Positions 15,940 through 24,906 of a stretch of DNA of 32,000 nucleotides are shown in pieces. The notes beneath the pieces are model-generated. The model was not told where the DNA came from, ran no database searches, and saw nothing but the letters and a program-made list of their open reading frames with translations. Both the position numbers and the translations under genes were made by a program. Location: NCBI GenBank assembly GCA_016196885.1, contig JACPWU010000009.1, forward strand, positions 1-32,000, in the 5' to 3' direction. Each line of letters opens with the position of its first letter. Positions within the stretch are counted from its first letter, which is position 1. The stretch comes from Chlamydiota bacterium. Its GTDB lineage: Bacteria; Auribacterota; JACPWU01.

Positions 15940-16015
15940 CAGTCGTGAGTCGTGAGGGATGAGTCGTGAGTAAAAAATAACTCCTTTAAAACTCACGACC
16001 CACGACCCACAACTG
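15940..16015. repeat. heptad-periodic hairpin, GTCGTGA family
   Basis: The left arm 15940-15971 is cagtcgt gagtcgt gagggat gagtcgt gagt. The right arm 15991-16016 (actcacgacccacgacccacaactgt) has one heptad fewer. There is a 9-bp perfect apical stem, then about 13/15 pairs after a one-heptad bulge. It is followed by tcttt and ATG 16021. Confidence 0.75.
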
Positions 16016-16020
16016 TCTTT

Positions 16021-17016
16021 ATGAAACCCATCATTGCAATCACCCTGGGGGATGTGGCAGGTATTGGCCCTGAAGTTGTAGCCAAGGCCCTCGCTCGGGA
16101 CGAGATTTGGAAGGTTTGTCAGCCTTGGGTGTATGGCCCGCCAGGTGTTTTGGAACACACTTCAAAGTTTCTAGAGAAATCCCTTCGGGAAATTTTCTTT
16201 GGCAAATCCATCAAAGGGAAAATTTTAATTCGTCCTGTTGGAAAAATTTCTCTCGATTTAGTAGGTTCAGGCCAAATGAGTCAAGAAGTTGCCAAGGCAG
16301 CGTTAGATGCAGTCCATGCTGCGGCAAGAGATGCACTTGAAGGAAAGGTGCAGGCCTTGGTGACGGCCCCGCTTCATAAAAAAAACGTTCGTCAGGTAAA
16401 TCCTCAATTTTTAGGACATACAGAATTTTTAGCAGATCTGACTCAAACTCGCAGTGTTGTGATGATGATGGCAAGTCCTCGTTTGAAAGTGGCGCTTGTG
16501 ACCACCCATGTTCCTTTGAAAGAGGTTTCAAAAAATGTGACACGAGAGAAGATATTCAATGTTATTTCCATTTTTCATGAGGCGTTGGAAAGCGCGGGAC
16601 TCAAAAAACCCAAAATCGGTGTGTGTGCTCTTAATCCTCATGGCGGAGAAGATGGAGGAGAAGAGGAGAAAAAAAAGATTGGACCCGCAGTGAGATTAGC
16701 TCAGAAAAAAGGGATGAATGTCGAAGGCCCTTTTTCAGCAGATACCTTGTTTTATAAGGCATGGCAGGGGAAATACGATGGCGTTGTCTCAATGTATCAT
16801 GATCAGGGTTTGGCCCCTCTTAAAATGATGGCTTTTGATGAAGCCGTGAATGTGACGTTGGGGCTTCCCTTTGTGAGAACTTCTCCCGATCACGGGACGG
16901 CTTATCCTATCGCAGGGCGTGGCATTGCAAGCCCAGAAAGCATGGTTTCAGCGATTCAGATGGCTGCACGGCTTGTAAAAAGGGAGATCCGGCAAATTTA
17001 CAGGTCAGTTCATTAA
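16021..17016 (+). CDS. pdxA: 4-hydroxythreonine-4-phosphate dehydrogenase
   Basis: 331 aa. ITLGDVAGIGPEV N-terminus, NPHGGE, and HGTAYPIAGRGIA motifs. Confidence 0.94.
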   Translation: MKPIIAITLGDVAGIGPEVVAKALARDEIWKVCQPWVYGPPGVLEHTSKFLEKSLREIFFGKSIKGKILIRPVGKISLDLVGSGQMSQEVAKAALDAVHAAARDALEGKVQALVTAPLHKKNVRQVNPQFLGHTEFLADLTQTRSVVMMMASPRLKVALVTTHVPLKEVSKNVTREKIFNVISIFHEALESAGLKKPKIGVCALNPHGGEDGGEEEKKKIGPAVRLAQKKGMNVEGPFSADTLFYKAWQGKYDGVVSMYHDQGLAPLKMMAFDEAVNVTLGLPFVRTSPDHGTAYPIAGRGIASPESMVSAIQMAARLVKREIRQIYRSVH

Positions 17017-17111
17017 GTTCTATTCATAAATTCTGACAGTACTAAGGATAAAAAGGTTAAAAACCATAACCAGAAATATTATTCATGTAGGGTGGGATAT
17101 GGCCTCCTTAG

Positions 17112-17126
17112 TAAATACTACTTTAC
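17112..17126. repeat. 15-nt direct repeat taaatactactttac, copy 1 (copy 2 at 17265-17279)
   Basis: An exact 15-mer occurs twice, 153 nt apart, in the 293-nt non-coding region upstream of the DUF4143 ATPase. On the minus strand both copies are followed by a ggag-containing stretch. Confidence 0.7.
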
Positions 17127-17264
17127 CCACCTTCGCAATAAACTTTGAGGTTTTTGATAGAAAGATAGGCGTTGCTGGGTATGAAATTCTGTGATCAAGC
17201 AAAGTGGGGCTTCGGTGGGTTATGCTTGGGATGGTGCCTGAGTGTTTTAAGAATGCTCCAAATA

Positions 17265-17297
17265 TAAATACTACTTTACATTTGGTACACCAAATGT
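17265..17297 (+). promoter_or_regulatory. putative promoter/operator: TATAAA(T) -10-like box, direct-repeat copy 2, and a perfect 9+2+9 palindrome
   Basis: tataaat lies at 17263-17269. acatttggt-ac-accaaatgt (17278-17297) is a perfect inverted repeat that ends 12 nt before ATG 17310. There is no SD in between. Confidence 0.4.
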
Positions 17298-17309
17298 TAA
17301 GTTACGTTT

Positions 17310-18467
17310 ATGTTTGGTGGAGTTCGAAACCTTGAAGAAGTTATTCTCTCTGACTTAGAGAAGAAGTTTGTTTTTCTCTCCGGACCTCGGCAGGTCGGAA
17401 AAACCACGCTTGCCAAGAGAATAGTGAGGGAAAAAAAAGGGATTTATCTTCTCTACGACGATGAGGAAGATCGCCAGAAAATTCTGGCCAAGTCCTACGT
17501 GTCTCAATCTTGGGTCTGTCTCGATGAATTCCATAAATTCCCCCGATGGAAAAGTCAGATCAAGGGGGTCTACGACAAATATCATGAGTCCCTTCATCTT
17601 TTGCTAACGGGCAGTGCTCGGCTTGATGTGTTTCAAAAGTCAGGCGATAGCCTTTTCGGGCGATATTATTTACATCATCTGCATCCTTTGACCTGTGGGG
17701 AACTACGCTCTTCACATTTACCCCCTCTTTTGACAGATGTCGGCATGTTGCATGAGGGAGTAGACAGCGTGAAGCCTCTTTTAAAATTTGGAGGTTTTCC
17801 AGAACCCTTTTATACACATTCAGAGAAGGAACATCGTCGCTGGTCTAACGCGAGGCGGCATCTTTTGATTCAGGAAGAATTGAGAGAAATGACACAAGTC
17901 CATCTCATCGGTTTGGTTGAACAATTGATGCTGCTTTTGCCGGATCGCATCGGTTCTTTGTTTAGTTACCATTCACTTTCGGAAGATATTCGAGTCAGTG
18001 TTCCGACCATTCAGAACTGGATGGAGATTTTTCAGAGATTGTTTATCGTTTTTAAAATCACGCCCTATTTTAGAAAAATTGCGCGTTCGATTCAAAAGCG
18101 GCCCAAATATTATTTTTATGATTGGTCCCAAATTCCAGATGAAGGGGCTCGATTTGAAAATCTTGTCGCAAGCCATCTTTGGAAAGCGGCTCAGGTATGG
18201 ACAGATGTAGGTGAGGGAGATCTAGGGCTTTGTTTTATTCGGGACCGAGACCAGAGAGAAGTGGATTTTTTAATCACAAAAGACCGTAAACCTTGGTTTT
18301 TGCTGGAAGCCAAGTTATCTGAAACTCAAATTTCAGAAAATTTGAAGTATTTTTCCAGACGTCTCAATGTTCCGGCAATTCAATTGGTATTAAAGGAAGA
18401 TGTTGAACGCAGGGAAGGAAATATTTCTGTGGTCAGTGCCGACCGCTGGCTAGCTCATTTGCCGTGA
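17310..18467 (+). CDS. AAA ATPase with a C-terminal DUF4143 (PD-(D/E)xK-like) domain
   Basis: Walker A GPRQVGKTTLA, Walker B WVCLDEFHK, and C-terminal D-x-REVDFLI...WFLLEAK (D...E-x-K nuclease-like signature). Confidence 0.9.
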   Translation: MFGGVRNLEEVILSDLEKKFVFLSGPRQVGKTTLAKRIVREKKGIYLLYDDEEDRQKILAKSYVSQSWVCLDEFHKFPRWKSQIKGVYDKYHESLHLLLTGSARLDVFQKSGDSLFGRYYLHHLHPLTCGELRSSHLPPLLTDVGMLHEGVDSVKPLLKFGGFPEPFYTHSEKEHRRWSNARRHLLIQEELREMTQVHLIGLVEQLMLLLPDRIGSLFSYHSLSEDIRVSVPTIQNWMEIFQRLFIVFKITPYFRKIARSIQKRPKYYFYDWSQIPDEGARFENLVASHLWKAAQVWTDVGEGDLGLCFIRDRDQREVDFLITKDRKPWFLLEAKLSETQISENLKYFSRRLNVPAIQLVLKEDVERREGNISVVSADRWLAHLP

Positions 18468-18492
18468 AATTAAGTTTCAGGAAATTCTTTAG

Positions 18493-19368
18493 ATGGAATC
18501 GATAAAAATAGATTCTTTTCTAAGTCTGCAGTCAGTCAAAAAAATCCTTTCGGATGAGGATGTTTTTCCCCGTCGGAGATTTGGACAGAATTTTTTGGTG
18601 GATCGTCATGCGCTTGAAAAAATTGCTCAGGCTGCGCAATTAGGGACCGAAGACAATGTTCTGGAGGTAGGGCCGGGTTTGGGGGCTTTAACAGGACTTC
18701 TTGTGAAACAGGCAAAAAAAGTTTTGGCGGTTGAAATTGATGAGAAACTTGCATCATTCTTAAAAAATAGATTTCAGGTGAGGAAAAATTTCTCACTGCT
18801 TCAAGCCGATATCTTGGAAGCAGATCTGCCTAAGCTTTTGAAAGAATCTTTTGGATCCGCTCCTTTTACGGTGATGGGCAATCTGCCTTATCGCATTTCA
18901 ACCCAAATTCTATTTCGGTTTTTGGAGTGTTCGGTTCAACCCAGAAGCATGATTTTTGCTTTTCAATGGGAAGTGGCCGAGCGGCTTTGGGCTAGTCCTG
19001 GTACTAAAGATTATGGGGCTATGACTTTGACAGCCCAGTTTTATGCCCAGGTTGAGAAAGTGCTTAAGATTAAAAAGGCCTCTTTTTATCCTGCGCCTGA
19101 AATAGATACGGGTGTTGTGAAGTTCATTCCTCGAAAATTAGATTTGAAACTGACTTCAGAGGAGGAACAAAAACTCTTGCAATGGATTCGTTTTGGGTTT
19201 GCACAGAGGCGTAAAACGCTTAAAAACGCGTTGACAAATTCTTCCAGCCTCCCCTACACTGGGGAAGATTTTGATCGGGCTTTGAACAAAATTGGACTCC
19301 CCGTGAATGTGCGGGCTGAGAATTTGAAGCTGGTCGATTTTGCGAATTTGGTGAAAATTTTTAGGTGA
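18493..19368 (+). CDS. rsmA: 16S rRNA (adenine1518/1519-N6)-dimethyltransferase
   Basis: RRFGQNFLVD, VLEVGPGLGALT and GNLPYRIST motifs. Confidence 0.95.
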   Translation: MESIKIDSFLSLQSVKKILSDEDVFPRRRFGQNFLVDRHALEKIAQAAQLGTEDNVLEVGPGLGALTGLLVKQAKKVLAVEIDEKLASFLKNRFQVRKNFSLLQADILEADLPKLLKESFGSAPFTVMGNLPYRISTQILFRFLECSVQPRSMIFAFQWEVAERLWASPGTKDYGAMTLTAQFYAQVEKVLKIKKASFYPAPEIDTGVVKFIPRKLDLKLTSEEEQKLLQWIRFGFAQRRKTLKNALTNSSSLPYTGEDFDRALNKIGLPVNVRAENLKLVDFANLVKIFR

Positions 19369-19379
19369 GAGGTATTGAT

Positions 19380-19664
19380 ATGAAAGTTGAAATGAACATT
19401 GATGATGTGGCAAAGCTTGCCCGCTTAAAATTAAGCGCTGAAGAACGGGAAAAATTTTCATCTCAAATGTCCGATATTCTTTCCTACGTTCAGAAATTGA
19501 ATGCCGTAGATACGACGCATGTTCAGGCGGCTGATCATGTTGAAGCGGTTCAAAATGTCACGCGACCAGATGAGGTAAAACCCTCTCTGGATCCAGACTC
19601 TTTTTTGAAACATGCACCTCTCGGCCGGGATCAATTTTTCATTGTCCCTCAGGTGATTGAGTGA
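19380..19664 (+). CDS. gatC: Asp-tRNA(Asn)/Glu-tRNA(Gln) amidotransferase subunit C
   Basis: IDDVAKLARLKLSAEEREKFSSQMSDILSYVQKLN matches the GatC family. ATG 19380 has gagagg 7 nt upstream. The ORF-track GTG 19365 is an in-frame alternative. Confidence 0.9.
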   Translation: MKVEMNIDDVAKLARLKLSAEEREKFSSQMSDILSYVQKLNAVDTTHVQAADHVEAVQNVTRPDEVKPSLDPDSFLKHAPLGRDQFFIVPQVIE

Positions 19665-19682
19665 TTTTTTAAGGAAAAGCGA

Positions 19683-21143
19683 ATGAGTGAATCGTTGATG
19701 GATTTAACATTGCATGAATTGTCTGAGCTAATGCGCGCTCGAAAAATTTCCTCTCTGGAGGTCATGCAGGCAAAGCTTGCGCGTTTAAAAGAGAGAGAAC
19801 CTCAAATTCATGCCTATATTCGCTGGGATGAAAAAGCTGCAATAGAAGAGGCGCGCCAACGGGACAATGTCCAAGATCATCAAGGATCTTTATGGGGGCT
19901 TCCTATTGCCAATAAAGACATTATTTGTGTCGAAGGGGTTGAGACTTCTTGCGCTTCTAAAATTCTTTCAGGATATATTCCTCCCTACAATGCGACAGTG
20001 GTTGAACGGTTGCGGGGAGAAGGGGCTATTTTATTTGGCAATACGAATATGGATGAGTTTGCCATGGGGTCTTCGACAGAGACGTCCCACTTTGGGGTGA
20101 CCCGAAATCCCTGGGATTTAACTCGGACGCCCGGAGGATCGAGCGGGGGTTCTGCGGCTGCAGTGGCCGGAGGGCTTGCAATTGCTGCTTTGGGAACAGA
20201 CACGGGGGGCTCCATTCGTCAGCCGGCGGCTCTTTGTGGTTGTGTCGGACTCAAGCCGACTTATGGACGTGTGTCTCGCTATGGATTGATTGCCTTTGCC
20301 TCGAGTTTGGATCAAATTGGACCCATCACTCAAGATGTGGAAGATGCGGCTCTTCTTTTAGAGATTTTAGCGGGACATGATTCTAAGGATTCGACCTCTC
20401 TCAAAGTGGAAGTGCCTCGATACCGAGAGCATTTAAAAAAGGGAATTCGAGACATGAAGCTTGGCCTTCCCAAAGAATATTTTATTTCGGGTTTAGATCC
20501 TCAGGTGAAGGTGGCGATTGATGAAGCGATAAAAGTTTATACAAATTTGGGGGTGGAAGTTGTGGAATGTCAGTTGCCTTATACCGAATATGCGGTGGCC
20601 ACTTATTATGTTTTGGCGACGGCTCAAGCCAGCTCAAATTTAGCTCGTTATGATGGCGTTCAATATGGTTATCGTGCTCCAAACTTTTCTAATCTGGTTG
20701 ACATGTATTTTGAAACACGCTCGCTTGGATTTGGGCCTGAAGTCAAACGCAGAATTATTTTGGGAACGTATGCTTTAAGTTCGGGTTATTATGATGCCTA
20801 TTATTTAAAAGCCCAAAAAATGAGAACGCTCATTCGGCAAGATTTTGAAGAGGCTTTTAAAAAATGCGATGCGATTTTGACACCGACTTCTCCTTCGTGT
20901 GCTTTTAAAATTGGGGAAAGAATGAATGATCCTTTGACCATGTATCTTTCCGATATTTTTACGATTTCGGCTAATTTGGCGGGGATTCCTGGGATTTCGA
21001 TTCCTTGCGGTTTTTCGAAAGAGGGTTTGCCTGTAGGGCTTCAGATTTTGGGAAAACATTTTGATGAGGCGACGCTTCTAAGGACTGCCTATGCATTTGA
21101 ACAGGCGACAGATCATCATAAAAGAAAGCCCGTTGTAAGATAG
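19683..21143 (+). CDS. gatA: Asp-tRNA(Asn)/Glu-tRNA(Gln) amidotransferase subunit A
   Basis: Amidase signature [12 protein letters not shown]...[13 protein letters not shown]. Confidence 0.96.
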   Translation: MSESLMDLTLHELSELMRARKISSLEVMQAKLARLKEREPQIHAYIRWDEKAAIEEARQRDNVQDHQGSLWGLPIANKDIICVEGVETSCASKILSGYIPPYNATVVERLRGEGAILFGNTNMDEFAMGSSTETSHFGVTRNPWDLTRTPGGSSGGSAAAVAGGLAIAALGTDTGGSIRQPAALCGCVGLKPTYGRVSRYGLIAFASSLDQIGPITQDVEDAALLLEILAGHDSKDSTSLKVEVPRYREHLKKGIRDMKLGLPKEYFISGLDPQVKVAIDEAIKVYTNLGVEVVECQLPYTEYAVATYYVLATAQASSNLARYDGVQYGYRAPNFSNLVDMYFETRSLGFGPEVKRRIILGTYALSSGYYDAYYLKAQKMRTLIRQDFEEAFKKCDAILTPTSPSCAFKIGERMNDPLTMYLSDIFTISANLAGIPGISIPCGFSKEGLPVGLQILGKHFDEATLLRTAYAFEQATDHHKRKPVVR

Positions 21144-21155
21144 AAAAGGTATTTT

Positions 21156-22580
21156 ATGGATTACGAACCCGTCATAGGTCTAGAAGTTCATGTTCAGCTC
21201 AAAACAGCGTCCAAGCTTTTTTGCGGCTGTTCGACGAAGTTTGGAGCGCTTCCTAACGCGCAGGTGTGTCCGGTCTGTTTAGGCTATCCCGGGGTGTTGC
21301 CTGTTTTAAATGAGAAGGCTCTGACCCTTGCGGTTATGGCGGGTCTAGCTATGGGGTCGACGGTTGCTCTCTACAGTAAATTTGATCGTAAAAATTATTT
21401 TTATCCCGATTTACCCAAGGCTTATCAAGTTTCACAATATGATGAGCCTATTTGTCTCGGAGGAAAAATTGACATTGAGGTAGAAGGGACACGCAAAGAG
21501 ATTCGTTTGACGCGCATTCATTTAGAAGAGGATGCGGGGAAATCCATGCATTTCAAAGGCGACACAGGTGTGGATTACAATCGTACTGGAATCCCTTTGA
21601 TTGAAATTGTATCAGAGCCCGATTTAAGGTCTCCTCAGGAGGCCTATCAATACTTAAAAGAGCTGAAAACGATTTTAGAATATTTGGATGTGAGTGATTG
21701 CAACATGGAAGAGGGGAGTCTTCGCTGTGATGCGAATGTTTCTTTGAGGCCGGTAGGTGAGAAAAAAATGGGGACGCGAGCGGAAATCAAAAATCTGAAT
21801 TCTTTTCACAATGTTGAAAAAGCAATTACATATGAAATTGAACGCCAAAAAGAACTTTTGTCTCGGGGTGAGCGTATTGTTCAGGAGACTCGGCTTTGGA
21901 ATGCGGATGAAAGCTTTACGCGTTCGATGCGAAGCAAAGAAGCCGCCCATGATTATCGTTATTTCCCTGAACCCGATTTAGTTCCGATCGTCTTTTCTGC
22001 TAAAGAGATTGAATCCGTTCGAGTGAGTTTACCAGAGCTTGCCCAGAGGCGCAAAGAGCGCTTTATGAAGGATTTTGCTTTGACGGCCTATGACGCGGAG
22101 GTTTTGACGGCCCAAAAAGACCTTGCCGATTTTTTTGAGCGCTGCCTAAAATATTCTAAAAATGCAAAGGCGATTAGCAATTGGATGATGGGCGATTTAA
22201 TGAGAGAATTGAAGTTGAAAGATTTGGGAATAGCCCAGTCTCCTATGTCCCCGGAGCATATTGCAGGATTGATTGAACTGATGGATCAAGGAAAAATCAG
22301 CGGAAAAATGGCCAAAGATGTTTTTCTTGAAATGTTTGGCACAGGAAAATCTGCGCAAGAGATTGTGAGCGCGAAGGGATTGAGTCAGCTTTCAGATTCC
22401 TCTCAAATTGAGGGTGTGGTCAAAAAAGTGATTCAGGAAAATCCACCTTCGGTTCAGGATTACCGAAATGGAAAGAAGAATGCTCTGAGTTATTTGGTAG
22501 GACAAGTGATGAAGGCCACTCAGGGTCGTGCAAATCCGAAGATGGTGAATGAGTTGTTGGTGAAAGAATTGGAAAAATAG
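21156..22580 (+). CDS. gatB: Asp-tRNA(Asn)/Glu-tRNA(Gln) amidotransferase subunit B
   Basis: YEPVIGLEVHVQL N-terminus, NRTGIPLIEIVSEPD, and a GatB/YqeY C-terminal domain. Confidence 0.96.
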   Translation: MDYEPVIGLEVHVQLKTASKLFCGCSTKFGALPNAQVCPVCLGYPGVLPVLNEKALTLAVMAGLAMGSTVALYSKFDRKNYFYPDLPKAYQVSQYDEPICLGGKIDIEVEGTRKEIRLTRIHLEEDAGKSMHFKGDTGVDYNRTGIPLIEIVSEPDLRSPQEAYQYLKELKTILEYLDVSDCNMEEGSLRCDANVSLRPVGEKKMGTRAEIKNLNSFHNVEKAITYEIERQKELLSRGERIVQETRLWNADESFTRSMRSKEAAHDYRYFPEPDLVPIVFSAKEIESVRVSLPELAQRRKERFMKDFALTAYDAEVLTAQKDLADFFERCLKYSKNAKAISNWMMGDLMRELKLKDLGIAQSPMSPEHIAGLIELMDQGKISGKMAKDVFLEMFGTGKSAQEIVSAKGLSQLSDSSQIEGVVKKVIQENPPSVQDYRNGKKNALSYLVGQVMKATQGRANPKMVNELLVKELEK

Positions 22581-22660
22581 CGTACAGCGGATAGCGTTCA
22601 GCGTACAGGAAAAACACAATTCCTGATAAACTGAACGCTGTACGCTGATCGCTGAACGCT
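22579..22660. repeat. heptad-periodic hairpin, AGCGTAC family (second copy)
   Basis: The left arm is agcgtac agcggat agcgttc agcgtac ag (22579-22608). The right arm is ctgaacg ctgtacg ctgatcg ctgaacg ct (22631-22660), about 23/28 complementary. There is an inner cagga/tcctg stem. It starts inside the gatB stop codon. Confidence 0.7.
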
Positions 22661-22672
22661 AGGAGTTTTATC

Positions 22673-23524
22673 ATGGCTCTTTTTAAACGACCGAATTTTC
22701 TTCTGACCCAAAGCAAGAAGCGCGGTGTTCCAGGCGGGCTTTGGACCAAATGTGAAAGCTGTCAAGAGTTGATTTACAACAAGGAATGGGAAAATTCACT
22801 CAAGGTTTGTCCAAAGTGTAAACATCATTGTAGTTTGTCGGCTCCTGAACGTATTCGTCTTTTGGTGGACGAGGGCACTTTTGAAGAATTTGATCCCAAC
22901 TTGATTCCGTCGGATCCCTTAAAATTTAGAGGGCCTAAATCTTATCCTGAAAAAGTGCTTCAGGATCAAGCGATGACAGGTCTTAAAGAGGCGGTGATGA
23001 CAGGGAGGGGAAAGATAGAAGGTATTTCAACTGTTTTAGCCGTGACGGATTCTCGTTTTATCATGGGATCGATGGGCAGTGTGGTGGGGGAAAAAATCAC
23101 GCGAGCCATTGAGAAGGCGATTGAAGAGGGACTTCATGTCATCATTGTCTCGGGCTCGGGTGGGGGGGCTCGCATGTATGAAGGGTGTCTTTCTCTCATG
23201 CAAATGGCGAAAACCAGCGCGGCCTTGGCCAAATTGAGCGAAGCGGGTTTATTTTTTATTTCGGTTCTCACGCATCCAACCATGGCGGGGATTATGGCGA
23301 GCTTTGCCTCTCTTGGAGATGTGATTGTAGCGGAACCGCGGGCCCTTTTGGGTTTCACAGGCCCGCGTGTGATTAAGCAAACGATACAACAGGAATTGCC
23401 TCCCGGATTTCAGACCTCTGAATTTCTGCTCGCCCACGGCATGATTGATGGCATTGTCGAGCGCCCTGAATTGAAAAAGACGATTGCGAAGTTTTTGAAT
23501 TATTTTTCGTGGGGGAGAAGGTAA
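22673..23524 (+). CDS. accD: acetyl-CoA carboxylase carboxyltransferase subunit beta
   Basis: N-terminal zinc ribbon (CESC...CPKCKHH) followed by a carboxyltransferase domain (GSMGSVVGEKI). Confidence 0.95.
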   Translation: MALFKRPNFLLTQSKKRGVPGGLWTKCESCQELIYNKEWENSLKVCPKCKHHCSLSAPERIRLLVDEGTFEEFDPNLIPSDPLKFRGPKSYPEKVLQDQAMTGLKEAVMTGRGKIEGISTVLAVTDSRFIMGSMGSVVGEKITRAIEKAIEEGLHVIIVSGSGGGARMYEGCLSLMQMAKTSAALAKLSEAGLFFISVLTHPTMAGIMASFASLGDVIVAEPRALLGFTGPRVIKQTIQQELPPGFQTSEFLLAHGMIDGIVERPELKKTIAKFLNYFSWGRR

Positions 23525-23529
23525 AATTT

Positions 23530-23557
23530 AGAATTAACAATTAAAAATTAAGAATTG
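23530..23557. repeat. tandem heptads (ANAATTR)x4 with no clear inverted partner
   Basis: agaatta acaatta aaaatta agaattg, directly after the accD stop. Confidence 0.6.
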
Positions 23558-23589
23558 AAAAAAGTAAAACCTACCCCCTGTTTTTCAGA

Positions 23590-24906
23590 ATGAATACGAA
23601 TATCGAATATCAAAAGACTCTCTCCTGGCTAGACACCCGATCCCGCTTCGGGATGAAATTGGACCTTGAGAATATTCGAGAGTTACTCGAGGCCTTGGGA
23701 AATCCTCATTCCAAGCTCAATGTTGTTCATGTGGCCGGGACCAATGGCAAAGGCTCCACTTGTGCCATGATGGTTTCTATTCTCAGAGAGGCGGGTTACT
23801 CGGTAGGGCTTTACACATCTCCCCATTTAATTTCTCCTCGAGAAAGAATTCAAAAAAATGGGGAGTGGATTTCAGAAGGGCATTTTGTGAAGGGGATTTT
23901 GGAGATTAGATGTATCACTGAAAATTTGGAGGCGAAAAATATTTTCCCCACTTATTTTGAATTGATCACTGCCTTGGCCTTTTGGTTTTTTGCCCAAAAG
24001 AAGGTAGATTGGGTGGTTTTAGAAACGGGGATGGGGGGGCGTTTGGATGCGACCAATATTGTGAATTCTAAAACGCAAGTGATTACGAATATAGATTTAG
24101 AACACACGCAGTATTTGGGGAAAACCATAGGAGAAATTGCATCTGAGAAGGCGGGCATTATTAAATCAGGCTCTCATGTGGTCACAGCGGCTCAGGGAGA
24201 GGCACTGGAAGTCATTGAGGCAAGGGCGGATCTTTTAGGGGCTCGGGTATTGCGTCTGGGTCATGAACTTTCTTTTGAGAAAATAAACGCAGATTTAGAA
24301 GCTCAGAGATTTAAAATTCATACAACGCGCGATCATTATGATGTTTGTTTAAAACTTTTGGGTTCTCATCAGATGGAAAATGCTGTTTTGGCGGTAGCGG
24401 CTGTAGAGTGTTTGAGAGAAGGAGGCGCTTTAATCTCAAACGAAGCCGTTTTGTCCGGTTTAGAAAAGGCTTGTTGGCCGGGACGTTTTGAGGTGATTCA
24501 ACGGGATCCTTTGGTCATTTTGGATGCGGCTCATAATCCAGCGGGGGCTCAGGTTCTAGCTAGAACCTGGAAAAAATATTTGAAGAATGAAAAAGCCTTG
24601 CTCATATTCAGTGCCTTGAAAGACAAAGATGTAGAGGGAATGGTTCAGGAATTATCAAATATTGTGAGAGAGGTAAGATTAGTCCAAGTTCATCATGAAA
24701 GAGGGTTATCACTGGGAGAGCTTGAGGACGCTTGGGAAAAAGTTCTTCCCCCTTCTCAGATTCACGCGTCTTCTCTCGAGGAGATGTTAGAATTTATTCA
24801 CGACGACAATCGAAAGGCACCTCTTTTAATTACAGGTTCTATTTATTTGTTGGGGGAGGTGCTTGAGAAAATGTGCCAACGTCATAATGTGCCAATGTGC
24901 CAATGA
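23590..24906 (+). CDS. folC: bifunctional folylpolyglutamate synthase / dihydrofolate synthase
   Basis: Mur-ligase P-loop GTNGKGST, and the accD-folC order seen in many bacteria. The last ~12 codons lie in an octad repeat. Confidence 0.93.
   Translation: MNTNIEYQKTLSWLDTRSRFGMKLDLENIRELLEALGNPHSKLNVVHVAGTNGKGSTCAMMVSILREAGYSVGLYTSPHLISPRERIQKNGEWISEGHFVKGILEIRCITENLEAKNIFPTYFELITALAFWFFAQKKVDWVVLETGMGGRLDATNIVNSKTQVITNIDLEHTQYLGKTIGEIASEKAGIIKSGSHVVTAAQGEALEVIEARADLLGARVLRLGHELSFEKINADLEAQRFKIHTTRDHYDVCLKLLGSHQMENAVLAVAAVECLREGGALISNEAVLSGLEKACWPGRFEVIQRDPLVILDAAHNPAGAQVLARTWKKYLKNEKALLIFSALKDKDVEGMVQELSNIVREVRLVQVHHERGLSLGELEDAWEKVLPPSQIHASSLEEMLEFIHDDNRKAPLLITGSIYLLGEVLEKMCQRHNVPMCQ

Noticed and set aside
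17099-17194. 31-codon ORF (MASLVNTTLPTFAINFEVFDRKIGVAGYEIL) and a following 28-codon ORF in the ATPase leader.
   Set aside because: Both are too short, lack an SD, and overlap the direct repeat. There is no support beyond being open.
17319-17331. tRNA T-arm-like ggagttcgaaacc.
   Set aside because: It lies in the first codons of the ATPase CDS, and no acceptor, D or anticodon arms can be drawn around it.
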